DNA of 64,000 nucleotides from Clostridia bacterium (lineage in GTDB: Bacteria > Bacillota > Clostridia > Oscillospirales > Acutalibacteraceae), in assembly GCA_017521125.1 (NCBI GenBank), contig JAFXDV010000002.1, positions 25,315 through 89,314 of the forward strand, read 5' to 3'. The translations under genes and the position numbers were made by a program. Numbering within the stretch: the first letter of the stretch is position 1; every line of letters starts with the position of its first letter. The notes under the pieces are model-generated. The model ran no database searches. It saw only the letters and a program-made list of their open reading frames with translations, and was not told where the DNA came from. Positions 55,992-64,000 of this stretch are shown piece by piece.

Positions 55992-56262
55992 AAAAAATAA
56001 ACTTCGTCCCTGCAAATAGGGACGAAGTGAAAAATCATACTCCGCGGTACCACCCAGATTGGCTAATGCCCACTCTACCTCGCACTAACATACGAGCCTT
56101 GCGATAACGGTGCAAGAGCCGTCAATTACTACTTACCATTCGGCTTTCGGTTGCCCTCATAAGTCCATTCATCTTAATTTACACTACCGCCCTCTCACCA
56201 TCGGCGGCTCTCTTTAAGTATAACTTTTAAGACTACTACTCTTAGTCACAGGTTTAATATTT
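55992..56262 (-). promoter_or_regulatory. T-box riboswitch, tryptophan-specific (UGG specifier)
   Basis: On the minus strand: AGAGAG and GGTGAGAG stem-I elements. The specifier context GAA-UGG-A has its UGG at 56167-56165. The T-box sequence AATCTGGGTGGTACCGCGGA occupies 56060-56041. The terminator ACTTCGTCCC/GGGACGAAGT (56028-56001) is followed by a U-run. Confidence 0.9.
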
Positions 56263-56268
56263 TTCTTT

Positions 56269-56297
56269 AGTTTATCACTTTGCATTAAAAAAGTCAA
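56269..56297 (-). promoter_or_regulatory. Promoter of the T-box/trpB transcript
   Basis: On the minus strand: TTGACT (56297-56292), a 17-nt spacer, then TAAACT (56274-56269). It overlaps the stop codon of folT. Confidence 0.55.
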
Positions 56298-56836
56298 GAG
56301 TTTCTTGACATAGCCTTACGGATAGGCGGAATAATTGAAAATCTTGCCGCAACACCCACCAAAACACCAAGCACAAGGTCGACTACCGATTTTGGTATAC
56401 GGGATATTAAAATGGGCCAAAATTCTCCTGAATATAAAAGCTCTATCCAAAGGGAATTAAGTGTCAGGGTGCAGACAAGCTCATTAATCAGGAAAAACAC
56501 AAAACAGAAAATTGCAAAAACAAGGGGCTTTGCCTTTTTCTTTGTTAAAACCATGGGCAGTCCGTAAAAAACACCCGACAAAAATGCTGTGGCCGTAAAA
56601 CCGAAGAAATAGGGGCCGAAGGGGAAGAGGAGAGCGCCTATAAAGTCGGCAAGGGCTCCGCAAACTCCGCCCCAAAGTGGACCGAAAAGCAAACCGCAGA
56701 CTAAAACCGGAATAAAAGAGATGCCTATGCTCATATTCCACACGTTAAAGGAAAGAAAGCGGTTTATAATCATAGCGGCGGCGGCAAGAATTGCGGTTAC
56801 CGTAATTTTAATTAAATATTGTTGATTTTTCGACAT
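56294..56836 (-). CDS. folT: Folate-family ECF transporter S component
   Basis: 180 aa, about 6 TM helices, preceded by a THF riboswitch. The sequence pattern resembles FolT-type S components. Confidence 0.8.
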   Translation of the reverse strand: MSKNQQYLIKITVTAILAAAAMIINRFLSFNVWNMSIGISFIPVLVCGLLFGPLWGGVCGALADFIGALLFPFGPYFFGFTATAFLSGVFYGLPMVLTKKKAKPLVFAIFCFVFFLINELVCTLTLNSLWIELLYSGEFWPILISRIPKSVVDLVLGVLVGVAARFSIIPPIRKAMSRNS

Positions 56837-56849
56837 AAAAAAACTCCTT

Positions 56850-56992
56850 TTATGCCCACAACAAAATTAGAGCATAAAAGAAGACTCTATTGTAGCGGGA
56901 TGCGGAAATCAGGCTGCGAGGAAAACCTCTTCGTCCACCAAACAACTCCCCGTTTTGACGGCACTTAAAACACCTGAAATCCTACTCTAACA
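56850..56992 (-). promoter_or_regulatory. THF (tetrahydrofolate) riboswitch with a translational expression platform
   Basis: The minus-strand RNA carries conserved THF-aptamer blocks: AGAGUAGG, UUAAGUG, GGGA, CGAAG and GCAUCCCGCU. The P2-type pairing is GGAUUUCAGG with CCUGAUUUCC. A downstream CUUUUAUGC/GCAUAAAAG stem abuts the SD AAAGGAG. Confidence 0.8.
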
Positions 56993-57005
56993 CAAATTTT
57001 TTCTT

Positions 57006-57034
57006 ATTATATCATAACTTTTAAGATTTTACAA
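57006..57034 (-). promoter_or_regulatory. Promoter of the THF riboswitch/folT transcript
   Basis: On the minus strand: TTGTAA (57034-57029), a 17-nt spacer, then an extended -10 TGaTATAAT (57014-57006). Confidence 0.5.
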
Positions 57035-57563
57035 TTAGTTTTTCACTACAAACCTTTTGGCCTAACATCTGAAGATAAAGCTTTTCAAGGCCGAAGGCGG
57101 AGTTTTTACATTCAGGGAAAGTGAGAATTACATACTCCACATTAAAAAGTCTTGAAGAAACTCCGCTTAAAACGAATCCGCTTCGCTTATAAAACTCTAT
57201 TCTGCGAAGCTTTGTGGTTTTATCTTGGGGGTCTGTGGCAAAGTCAGGGTTTTCACACTCTATAATAATGGTTTTGCCCTTTAGTATGCCTTTCAGTTCG
57301 CTAAGAAGCTTTGTGCCTACGCCGCTTCCTCTGTGTTGGGGCACTACTGCAAGATAATCTACCAAAACAAAATCATCAAGGACGGTTAGGTAAGCGTATG
57401 CCAAAAGATTTTCCCCTTTGTAAAATCCGTAACAGGCATAAATACCACGGCTTAGCATATCCATCATACTGCTAAGAGGTTTTAGCTCATCGGGGGGAAA
57501 ATCTTTTACCATATATTTATTATAAATAGCCTTAATTTCCTCTGCTTTCAAAAGGGTCAACAT
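57021..57563 (-). CDS. GNAT family N-acetyltransferase
   Basis: Acetyl-CoA binding motif VVPQHRGSGVGTKLL. The start is uncertain: ATG at 57563 (weak SD GGTGA) or the listed TTG at 57575. Confidence 0.8.
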   Translation of the reverse strand: MLTLLKAEEIKAIYNKYMVKDFPPDELKPLSSMMDMLSRGIYACYGFYKGENLLAYAYLTVLDDFVLVDYLAVVPQHRGSGVGTKLLSELKGILKGKTIIIECENPDFATDPQDKTTKLRRIEFYKRSGFVLSGVSSRLFNVEYVILTFPECKNSAFGLEKLYLQMLGQKVCSEKLIVKS

Positions 57564-57609
57564 TTTTATCACCAAGGAAATTATAACCTATATTGGATAC
57601 GCCGTCAAG

Positions 57610-57978
57610 TTAGTTTCGGTCTTTGGGTTTGAATATAAGCGCCATAAGAAAACCAAAGAAAATAGCGGCACAAATTCCTCCGGAGGTTGCTGTAAGTCCT
57701 CCGCTAAAAATTCCTGCAAGGCCATAAAGATTTACAGCCTCTTTTACACCCTTAGCCAAGGAGTAACCAAATCCTGTAAGGGGAACGGTGGCTCCCGCCC
57801 CTGCAAATTCCACAATGGGTCTATAAATTCCGATGGCGGTAAGAAATACTCCTGCAACAACAAAGGCAACTAAAATTCTTGCAGGGGTCAGTTTTGTGTA
57901 GTCGATTAGAATCTGACCGATAAGACAAAATGCACCGCCCACTAAAAATGCTTTAACTAAATCTAAAATAAGCTCCAT
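57610..57978 (-). CDS. spoVAE: Stage V sporulation protein AE (SpoVAEb-type small membrane protein)
   Basis: Motifs FLVGGAFCLIGQILID..KLTPA, FAGAGATVPLTGFG and IFKPK match my recollection of SpoVAEb/SpoVAC family proteins. The ATG at 57978 is preceded by GGTGA. Confidence 0.8.
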   Translation of the reverse strand: MELILDLVKAFLVGGAFCLIGQILIDYTKLTPARILVAFVVAGVFLTAIGIYRPIVEFAGAGATVPLTGFGYSLAKGVKEAVNLYGLAGIFSGGLTATSGGICAAIFFGFLMALIFKPKDRN

Positions 57979-58043
57979 ATAAATCACCGATAATATTTTG
58001 CCCAAAAAAAACGATGCTATGTAAAAACATAGCATCGTAAATT

Positions 58044-59252
58044 TTATTTTTTGAGGAGCTTGTCCATAACAGATGGGCCGTGCTCGATGAAAACGCCTGT
58101 GCTTTCGGCAGTTTCTTCGGTAAAGGTGTCAACACCGTTTTCTTTATTTTTGCTATCAAAAATAAGGAAAGGAACAGGCTCAGATGAATGAGTTTTAATG
58201 TTTAGTGGAGTTGGGTGGTCGGGCATAATGAGAATTCTGTAATCATCTGTTGCATCAAGATATTCCTTAACTACCTTTAGAATCTTTTGGTCAATAAGCT
58301 CAATAGCCTTAACCTTATTTTCAGGCTCTCCTCTATGACCGCACTCGTCGGGAGCCTCTACGTGAACGTATACAAGGTCAATTCCTTTTTTAAAGGCGTC
58401 GATGGCGGCCTGAGCCTTGCCTTCAAAGTTTGTGTCAAGATAACCTGTTGCGCCCTCTACCTCAGGGGTTTTCATATTAGCGCAAATTCCAATACCTTTA
58501 AGAAGGTCAACCGCCGAAACGATGGCACCTGTAACTCCGTTTTTCGCATAAAAGTCCTGAAGCTCAGGTTTTCTGCCCTCGCCCCAAAGCCAGATAGAGT
58601 TTGCAGGTCGTTTGCCCTCTTTAATTCTCTTGATATTTACAGGGTGGTCTTTTAAAAGGGCGTAGCTTTTTTCCATAAGGCCGATAAGCTCTTTTGCATT
58701 TTCGCTATCACTTAAATATTCCTTAATAACCCTGCCGCTTATGTCGTGAGGAGGTGTCATATTGCCAAGGTCGGTAGTACCATTTGCAACCACAAGACAG
58801 TGGCGGTAACTAACGCCTGAATAGAATTTATAAATTTCATTACCGAAGGCTTCGTCAACGGTTTTTATAATTTCTGCAGCCTCGGCGGTAGAAATATCAT
58901 CGGCACAGTAGTCTACCATTGTTTTATCACAGTAATTTTCCTCATCTGAAAGGGTTACAAGGTTGCAGCGAAGAGCGACGTCGGTAGCCTTTAAATCAAC
59001 ACCGATACTTGCCGCCTCTAACGGAGAACGACCTGTGTAGCAAACTGCAGGGTCATAGCCTAAAACCGAAAGGTTAGCAACGTCGCTACCCGGTTTGAGT
59101 CCTGCCGCTACAGTACGACACTTGCCTACTAAAGAGGTTTTTGCAAGAGAGTCCATTACAGGTTTATACGCTAATTCCATAGGTGTTTTGCCACCTAAAT
59201 ATTCACTTTTGGTATCTGCCATACCATCACATAAAACAACTAAATATTTCAT
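58044..59252 (-). CDS. apgM: Cofactor-independent phosphoglycerate mutase, ApgM type (family also proposed as an alternative homoserine kinase)
   Basis: MKYLVVLCDGMAD N-terminus, alkaline-phosphatase-superfamily metal ligands (EAPDECGH, MPDHPTP), 402 aa. Confidence 0.85.
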   Translation of the reverse strand: MKYLVVLCDGMADTKSEYLGGKTPMELAYKPVMDSLAKTSLVGKCRTVAAGLKPGSDVANLSVLGYDPAVCYTGRSPLEAASIGVDLKATDVALRCNLVTLSDEENYCDKTMVDYCADDISTAEAAEIIKTVDEAFGNEIYKFYSGVSYRHCLVVANGTTDLGNMTPPHDISGRVIKEYLSDSENAKELIGLMEKSYALLKDHPVNIKRIKEGKRPANSIWLWGEGRKPELQDFYAKNGVTGAIVSAVDLLKGIGICANMKTPEVEGATGYLDTNFEGKAQAAIDAFKKGIDLVYVHVEAPDECGHRGEPENKVKAIELIDQKILKVVKEYLDATDDYRILIMPDHPTPLNIKTHSSEPVPFLIFDSKNKENGVDTFTEETAESTGVFIEHGPSVMDKLLKK

Positions 59253-59364
59253 TTATAGGACCTGCCTTTTAAAATATATTTTATTATACCATATTTATCT
59301 TTTAAGTACAACTTGAAAAACTAAGGAAAATATAATAAAATATGTAGTGTAGAGGAGGGATAAG

Positions 59365-61410
59365 ATGAAACCTGAGATTTTGGCGCCTGTAGGCTCAGAA
59401 GAGATGCTTTCTGCCGCAGTGAGAGCAGGTGCAGATGCAGTCTATTTAGGGTTAAACGAATTTAATGCCAGAAGAAATGCTCAAAATTTCACATTAGATA
59501 CTCTTGGAGAAGCGGTAAAATACTGTCATATCAGGGGTGTTAAGGTTTATCTTACCCTTAATATAATGTTAAGCGATAAAGAACTTGATAGGGCGGTAGA
59601 ACTCACAATATCCGCCGCTAGACTCGGTATTGACGGAGTTATAACCGCAGATATCGGTTATGCAAGGCAGATTAAAAGAAAACTTCCCAGTCTTCCTATT
59701 CACGCATCAACACAGATGTCGGTACATTCTCCTGCCGCAATAAAGCCACTAAAGGAATTAGGCTTTAGCCGTGTGGTTGTGGCAAGGGAAATGAGTAAAA
59801 CCGAGCTTCAAGAGTTTTGCAAAAAAGCAAAAGAGGAAAATTTAGAGGTTGAGGTTTTTGTTCACGGCGCCCTTTGTATGTGCGTTTCAGGACAATGTCT
59901 TTTATCTGCTATGCTTGGAGGCAGAAGCGGTAACAGAGGACTTTGCGCAGGTCCTTGCCGTTTGCCCTTTGGGTGTGATAACGGAACAGGCTATGATTTA
60001 AGTCTTAAAGATTTAAGCCTTATAGAATATTTAAATGAACTAAAAGATATGGGCGTAGCCTCCTTAAAAATAGAGGGCAGAATGAAACGCCCTGAGTACG
60101 TCGCTGCGGCAACTAAGGCGTGTAGAGAAAAGATAGACGATGGCAAAGTGTCGAGCGAAATATCCTCTGCCTTAAACGGTGTTTTTTCACGTTCCGGTTT
60201 TACGGACGGTTATTATACGGGCCGCCTTGGCAGAGATATGTTTGGTATCAGAACCAAGGAAAACGTAGAAGATAGCTCTTCGGTGCTTTCCTTCCTTCAT
60301 AATATTTACCGAAACGAAAGACAGTCGGTTGAGATTTCGGCAAAGCTTTCGGTAAAGGAAAATGAGCCGATTTCTCTTACTCTTAGTGATGGACAAAATT
60401 CAGTTACCGCTTATGGCGACCTTCCCGAAAGAGCAATAAATCTTGCGGCAGATGAGGAGTTTGTGAAAGAAAAACTCTTAAAAACAGGTGGTACTCCTTA
60501 TATCATAACTTGCGTCGAGATAGATTTAGACGAGGGGTTAAGTCTTAGGGCCGCCCAGATAAACGAACTCAGAAGAAGGGCTTTAGAGCTTTTATCTGAG
60601 GAGAGAGGCAAGACACCAGAAATAGAGGTAAGTGATGCAGAAGTCTCTTTAGAAAATCGCAGAGTGGATGGACTGAAAACGGTTGTGAAAATAGACAATC
60701 TATCACAACTCACAGAAAAGGTGAGAGGTGCAGACCTTGTTGTTTTACCCTTTGATACGAATTTAAATGACCTCGATTTAAAAGAGGCTAAAAACTTTGC
60801 GGTAGAACTTCCCAGAGGCATAGCAAAGGAAGAAAAGGTTTTAGAAAAACTTAAAAATTTCAAGGAAAAGGAAATAGAGTTTGCTCTCTGCGGCACCCTT
60901 TCGGCAAAAGAGTTGGCGATAGCTTCAGGCTTTAAGGTTATAGCTGATATTGGATTTAACATTTTCAACTCCTACTCTTTAGATTATTTTTCTAAAGATT
61001 GCGAGGGCGCATTGCTTTCTTCTGAAATTCTGTTGCCTGACGTGGCAAAGTTGTCCTCTAAAATCCCAATGGGTATCGTGTCTTATGGAAGACTTCCCCT
61101 TATGCTAACAAGAAATTGTCCTATAAAAAACGGCAAAAACTGTAACGAGTGCCAAAGAAACTGCACTCTTACCGACCGAAAAGGAATAGAGTTTCCGATA
61201 AGGTGCAAAAACGGCTTTGCCGAGCTTTTAAACTCTAAAGTTATTTGGCTTGCAGATAGACTTGATGAGCTAAAGGGAATAGATTTTCAGGTTATTTTGC
61301 TTACCGACGAAGAACCCGAAACGGTTGATAAGGTAATAGACGCATATAACAAAAAATCTGCGCCCATAGGAGAATATACAAGAGGTCTCTATTACAGGGG
61401 CGTGGAATAA
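59365..61410 (+). CDS. U32 family peptidase-like protein (long form with a C-terminal extension)
   Basis: N-terminus PEILAPVGS.E.L.AAV.AGADAVYLG. The U32 signature is EVFVHGALCMCVSGQCLLS...GNRGLCAGPCR. 681 aa. Confidence 0.88.
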   Translation: MKPEILAPVGSEEMLSAAVRAGADAVYLGLNEFNARRNAQNFTLDTLGEAVKYCHIRGVKVYLTLNIMLSDKELDRAVELTISAARLGIDGVITADIGYARQIKRKLPSLPIHASTQMSVHSPAAIKPLKELGFSRVVVAREMSKTELQEFCKKAKEENLEVEVFVHGALCMCVSGQCLLSAMLGGRSGNRGLCAGPCRLPFGCDNGTGYDLSLKDLSLIEYLNELKDMGVASLKIEGRMKRPEYVAAATKACREKIDDGKVSSEISSALNGVFSRSGFTDGYYTGRLGRDMFGIRTKENVEDSSSVLSFLHNIYRNERQSVEISAKLSVKENEPISLTLSDGQNSVTAYGDLPERAINLAADEEFVKEKLLKTGGTPYIITCVEIDLDEGLSLRAAQINELRRRALELLSEERGKTPEIEVSDAEVSLENRRVDGLKTVVKIDNLSQLTEKVRGADLVVLPFDTNLNDLDLKEAKNFAVELPRGIAKEEKVLEKLKNFKEKEIEFALCGTLSAKELAIASGFKVIADIGFNIFNSYSLDYFSKDCEGALLSSEILLPDVAKLSSKIPMGIVSYGRLPLMLTRNCPIKNGKNCNECQRNCTLTDRKGIEFPIRCKNGFAELLNSKVIWLADRLDELKGIDFQVILLTDEEPETVDKVIDAYNKKSAPIGEYTRGLYYRGVE

Positions 61411-61446
61411 AAAAGGATGTGTAGAAAATCTACACATCCTTTTTTG
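61411..61446. terminator. Bidirectional terminator between the U32 gene and the LysR gene
   Basis: AGGATGTGTAG (61414-61424) pairs with CTACACATCCT (61430-61440), with an A-run and a T-run flanking. Confidence 0.85.
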
Positions 61447-61468
61447 CGATTATTAAGTGCCTTTATCG

Positions 61469-62362
61469 TTATGTATTTTTAGTTTTTAAAGTTTTATAAT
61501 TTTTATATGCAAAATCGAAAATTTCTTTTTTAACAGAAGAGAAGGTTTTGTCTTTGTGATAGATAATATATGAATTTCGGGCAAATTCATAATCTAAAAC
61601 TGTTATTTTACGGAGGCCGCCATTAGCCAACTGTCGTGTCAGCAAGGCTTCGGGCATAATGGTTACACCTAAGTTTTGCCCTGCGGCAGATATTAGGGCT
61701 TGGTTGCTTATTGACTCCATAATAGGAGTTACTATGATGTTTTCAAGGGCGAAAATATGGTCTAAAAATTCTCTGGATACACTTTCATCCTCGCGCAGCA
61801 ACAAATCGTATTTACAAAGCTCTTTTAGCGTTACTGCGTCAGGCATATCATATTTTTTGCCGCAGACCGCTATAAGTGTGTTACAGTCAACAAGCTTTGA
61901 GTTTATATTCGGGTCGGAGGGTCTGCCCTGAATAAAAGCAAAATCGAGACTGCCGTTTAAAATTTTTGATTCAATTATAGAGGTTTGGTTTATTGAAATT
62001 TGGAAGTCTATATCAGTAAAATTTTCTTTTAACTTTCGTAAAAGCCAAGGGAGTTTTTGTTTGCCTATGGTGAGAGATGAACCGATTTTTAAAAGCGGCT
62101 TTTTTGAAGAGTTGAGCGCTTGTTCTTCAAAATCTTCGAAAGCCGAAATAACTTCCTGCGCTTTTATGAGCAGCGTTTTACCTTCTTCGGTTAAAAAAAG
62201 TCGTTTGTTTATGCGCTCGAATAATTTCACGTTGTAATTCTTTTCAATTTCGGCAATAGTATTACTGACGGCAGGTTGGGCGATAAACAATTCCTCGGCG
62301 GCCTTTGTCATACTGCTGTGTTTGCATACACATATAAAAACTTTTAGATGTCGTATAGTCAT
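61469..62362 (-). CDS. LysR family transcriptional regulator
   Basis: N-terminal HTH (MTKAAEELFIAQPAVSNTIAEIE) plus a LysR substrate-binding domain; 297 aa. Confidence 0.9.
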   Translation of the reverse strand: MTIRHLKVFICVCKHSSMTKAAEELFIAQPAVSNTIAEIEKNYNVKLFERINKRLFLTEEGKTLLIKAQEVISAFEDFEEQALNSSKKPLLKIGSSLTIGKQKLPWLLRKLKENFTDIDFQISINQTSIIESKILNGSLDFAFIQGRPSDPNINSKLVDCNTLIAVCGKKYDMPDAVTLKELCKYDLLLREDESVSREFLDHIFALENIIVTPIMESISNQALISAAGQNLGVTIMPEALLTRQLANGGLRKITVLDYEFARNSYIIYHKDKTFSSVKKEIFDFAYKNYKTLKTKNT

Positions 62363-62485
62363 AGAGAAAGCCTTTCTATTGTTATCATAATTAAAAACAT
62401 ATGAACTTTATAATATTATACTATTTTACTTATGATAAGTCAATAGGTATACTGTTAATGTAAGAAAAGAAAAGGAGAAATTGTT

Positions 62486-64000
62486 ATGTTAACTTCGGGT
62501 GAAGTAATGCAGCTTATTGGAAGTCTTGTTTGGCTGCTGGCAGGCGTTGGTGTATTTATTGTTGGTATGAATTTTATGGGCGACGCCTTAGAAAAGAGCG
62601 CAGGTTCCGGAATGAAGAGCTTGCTTGAAAAGATTAGTAACAACCGTTTTTCAGGTGTTGGTATCGGTGCGGCGGTGACGGCGATTATTCAAAGTTCTTC
62701 TGCAACGTCGGTAATGGTTATAGGCCTTGTTAATGCAGGTGTAATGACACTTATGCAGGCGACACCAATTATCATGGGTGCAAATATCGGTACAACAATT
62801 ACCGGTGTCTTGGTGGCACTGAAAAATGATTATTTTAATATGCTTATGTATCTTCTGGCCTTTGCGGGTGTAATGATGAGCTTTTTCAAAAAGGAGAAAA
62901 TAAAGCTTATCGGTAATCTTTGCTGCGGCTTAGGACTTATTTTCGTAGGTCTTGAGGTAATGAGCAGTGAACAGGCATTTGGCAATCCGTTGGTTGAAAA
63001 TATGTTTACTAACGTTTTCCAGACAATAGATTTCCCCATACTTTTAATATTGGTGGGCGCTATATTTACCGGTCTTATTCAAAGCTCATCAGCCGCCACA
63101 GGTGTTGTAATTACAATGGTTGGTACAGGGGTGCTTCCTCTGAATATGGCGCTGTTTATTATCCTTGGCGCCAATATCGGAACCTGTATAACAGCACTAA
63201 TTGCTTCGGTGGGTGCAAATGCCAATTCTAAGCGTGCGGCCCTTATACATTTTACCTTCAACACAATCGGCACGGTTTTATTTGCCGCAATAATCTGGAT
63301 ATTCAAGGAGCCTGTGTTAAATCTTTTGGTTTCCTTCTTCCCCGGAGATGACCAAATGTCTCTTCAGATGAGGGTTTCTGCCTTCCACGTTATTTTTAAC
63401 GTGACTACAACAGTCTTGTTGTTGCCCTTTGTAAAGCAGTTGGTTAAATATTCTTGCACAGTTATAAAGGATACTAAGGAAGAAGCAGAACCCTTTACCC
63501 TAAAATATGTTGACGAAAGACTGTTGACCACTCCACCTATTGCTTTAATGCAGGTAAAGAAAGAAATAAGCAATATGCTTGAGCTTGTAGAGGAAAATAT
63601 CCATCTTTCTTTCGTTTCGGTTTACGATGGCTCGGTAGAGCATAGTGAAAGAATTCAAAAAAATGAAGAGGTTATCGACTTTACAAATCGTGCTTTGACA
63701 CAGTTTTTAATTAAGCTTACCGCCAACGTAGAAGAGAGCGATGAAAAGGTTATAGGTGCGTATTTCCACGTGCTTAACGACCTGGAGCGTATAGGAGATA
63801 ATGCCGAGAATTTCCACGAAATCGGCGTAGAAATGCTTGAGAAAGATATTATATTCTCTGATACGGCACGTAGCGGTATTACCCAAATGCGTGAGAAAAT
63901 TTTGAGAATGTTTGAAATTTCCAAGGCAGCATTTGAACAGCATAAAAAGGAAGAACTTGCTGAACTCACCGTTTTAGAGGAAGAAATAGACGTTATGGAG
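62486..64000 (+). CDS. Na/Pi cotransporter family protein (NptA/YjbB-like, with a C-terminal PhoU-like domain), 3'-truncated by the window edge
   Basis: This gene is not in the ORF track because no stop codon occurs before the window end. The ATG at 62486 lies 7 nt after AAAGGAGAAA. Translation: MLTSGEVMQLIGSLVWLLAGVGVFIVGMNFMGDALE...QSSSATSVMVIGL...GANIGTTITG. A second GANIGT repeat lies near 63170. Only short antisense ORFs are listed across this span. Confidence 0.85.
   Translation, partial: MLTSGEVMQLIGSLVWLLAGVGVFIVGMNFMGDALEKSAGSGMKSLLEKISNNRFSGVGIGAAVTAIIQSSSATSVMVIGLVNAGVMTLMQATPIIMGANIGTTITGVLVALKNDYFNMLMYLLAFAGVMMSFFKKEKIKLIGNLCCGLGLIFVGLEVMSSEQAFGNPLVENMFTNVFQTIDFPILLILVGAIFTGLIQSSSAATGVVITMVGTGVLPLNMALFIILGANIGTCITALIASVGANANSKRAALIHFTFNTIGTVLFAAIIWIFKEPVLNLLVSFFPGDDQMSLQMRVSAFHVIFNVTTTVLLLPFVKQLVKYSCTVIKDTKEEAEPFTLKYVDERLLTTPPIALMQVKKEISNMLELVEENIHLSFVSVYDGSVEHSERIQKNEEVIDFTNRALTQFLIKLTANVEESDEKVIGAYFHVLNDLERIGDNAENFHEIGVEMLEKDIIFSDTARSGITQMREKILRMFEISKAAFEQHKKEELAELTVLEEEIDVME

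Noticed and set aside
55980-56015. N-terminal extension of the listed trpB ORF ([12 protein letters not shown]...).
   Set aside because: The extra 12 codons run through the T-box terminator and its U-tract. The ATG at 55979 has a proper GGAGG SD, so the shorter start was used.
1-64000. Search for CRISPR arrays, IS elements or transposases, integrases, phage genes, toxin-antitoxin pairs, tRNA genes and rRNA genes.
   Set aside because: - No spaced direct-repeat arrays were seen.
- No transposase or recombinase-like ORFs were seen.
- No tRNA-like T-loop or acceptor patterns and no rRNA signatures were recognised.
- The only tandem repeat is the in-gene 54-bp repeat at 26697-26826.

Overview
The window looks like a core chromosomal segment of a low-GC, anaerobic, spore-forming Firmicute of the class Clostridia. 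Supporting markers are HrcA/CIRCE, T-box and THF riboswitches, NfnAB, rubrerythrin/rubredoxin, EtfAB and spoVAEb. Finer taxonomy cannot be established from the sequence alone.

Gene content, left to right:
- 1-8.1 kb: a tightly packed eight-gene operon. It holds a 5'-truncated unknown enzyme, Fe-S hydro-lyase beta and alpha subunits, a GldA-like dehydrogenase, a PrpD-family protein, and an FAD-linked 2-hydroxyacid oxidase with EtfB/EtfA.
- 8.2-10.5 kb: an isolated CpsC/CpsD/CpsB tyrosine-kinase module.
- 10.7-15.5 kb: a LivJHMGF-type branched-chain amino-acid ABC transporter.
- 15.5-16.07 kb: about 470 bp with no convincing ORF, lying between two convergent terminators.
- 16.07-20.8 kb: a minus-strand operon of alpha/beta hydrolase, membrane-anchored MurF-like ligase, Ddl and a CDF transporter.
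- 20.9-24.9 kb: pdxK, perR with reverse rubrerythrin, a CPBP protease, a 51-aa rubredoxin missing from the ORF track, and cysK.
- 25.0-29.7 kb: an MBOAT plus two AlgJ/AlgX-like DHHW proteins plus a lipoprotein (surface O-acylation cluster).
- 29.8-34.5 kb: hrcA-grpE-dnaK-dnaJ with a perfect CIRCE operator.
- 34.7-38.3 kb: greA, a hypothetical membrane-anchored protein, and nfnAB.
- 38.7-54.1 kb: the complete S10-spc-alpha ribosomal superoperon, rpsJ through rplQ, including secY, adk, map, a KOW protein, infA and the unlisted rpmJ.
- 54.2-64 kb: an ECF S-component, a stand-alone trpB behind a Trp T-box, folT behind a THF riboswitch, a GNAT, an orphan spoVAEb, an ApgM-type mutase, a U32-family protein, a LysR regulator, and a 3'-truncated Na/Pi cotransporter.

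I found no rRNA, tRNA, CRISPR array, IS element, integrase or phage genes. Most of the window is ordinary housekeeping DNA.

The observations most worth follow-up are:
- the MurF-like ligase whose N-terminal UDP-binding domain is replaced by about five transmembrane helices;
- the ORF-less purine-rich locus at 15.5-16.07 kb;
- the unassigned hydro-lyase/PrpD/GldA/FAD-oxidase-Etf operon;
- the MBOAT-DHHW cluster;
- the roughly 300-nt structured leader upstream of rpsJ.

All family assignments come from motif recognition by eye. No database search was run.
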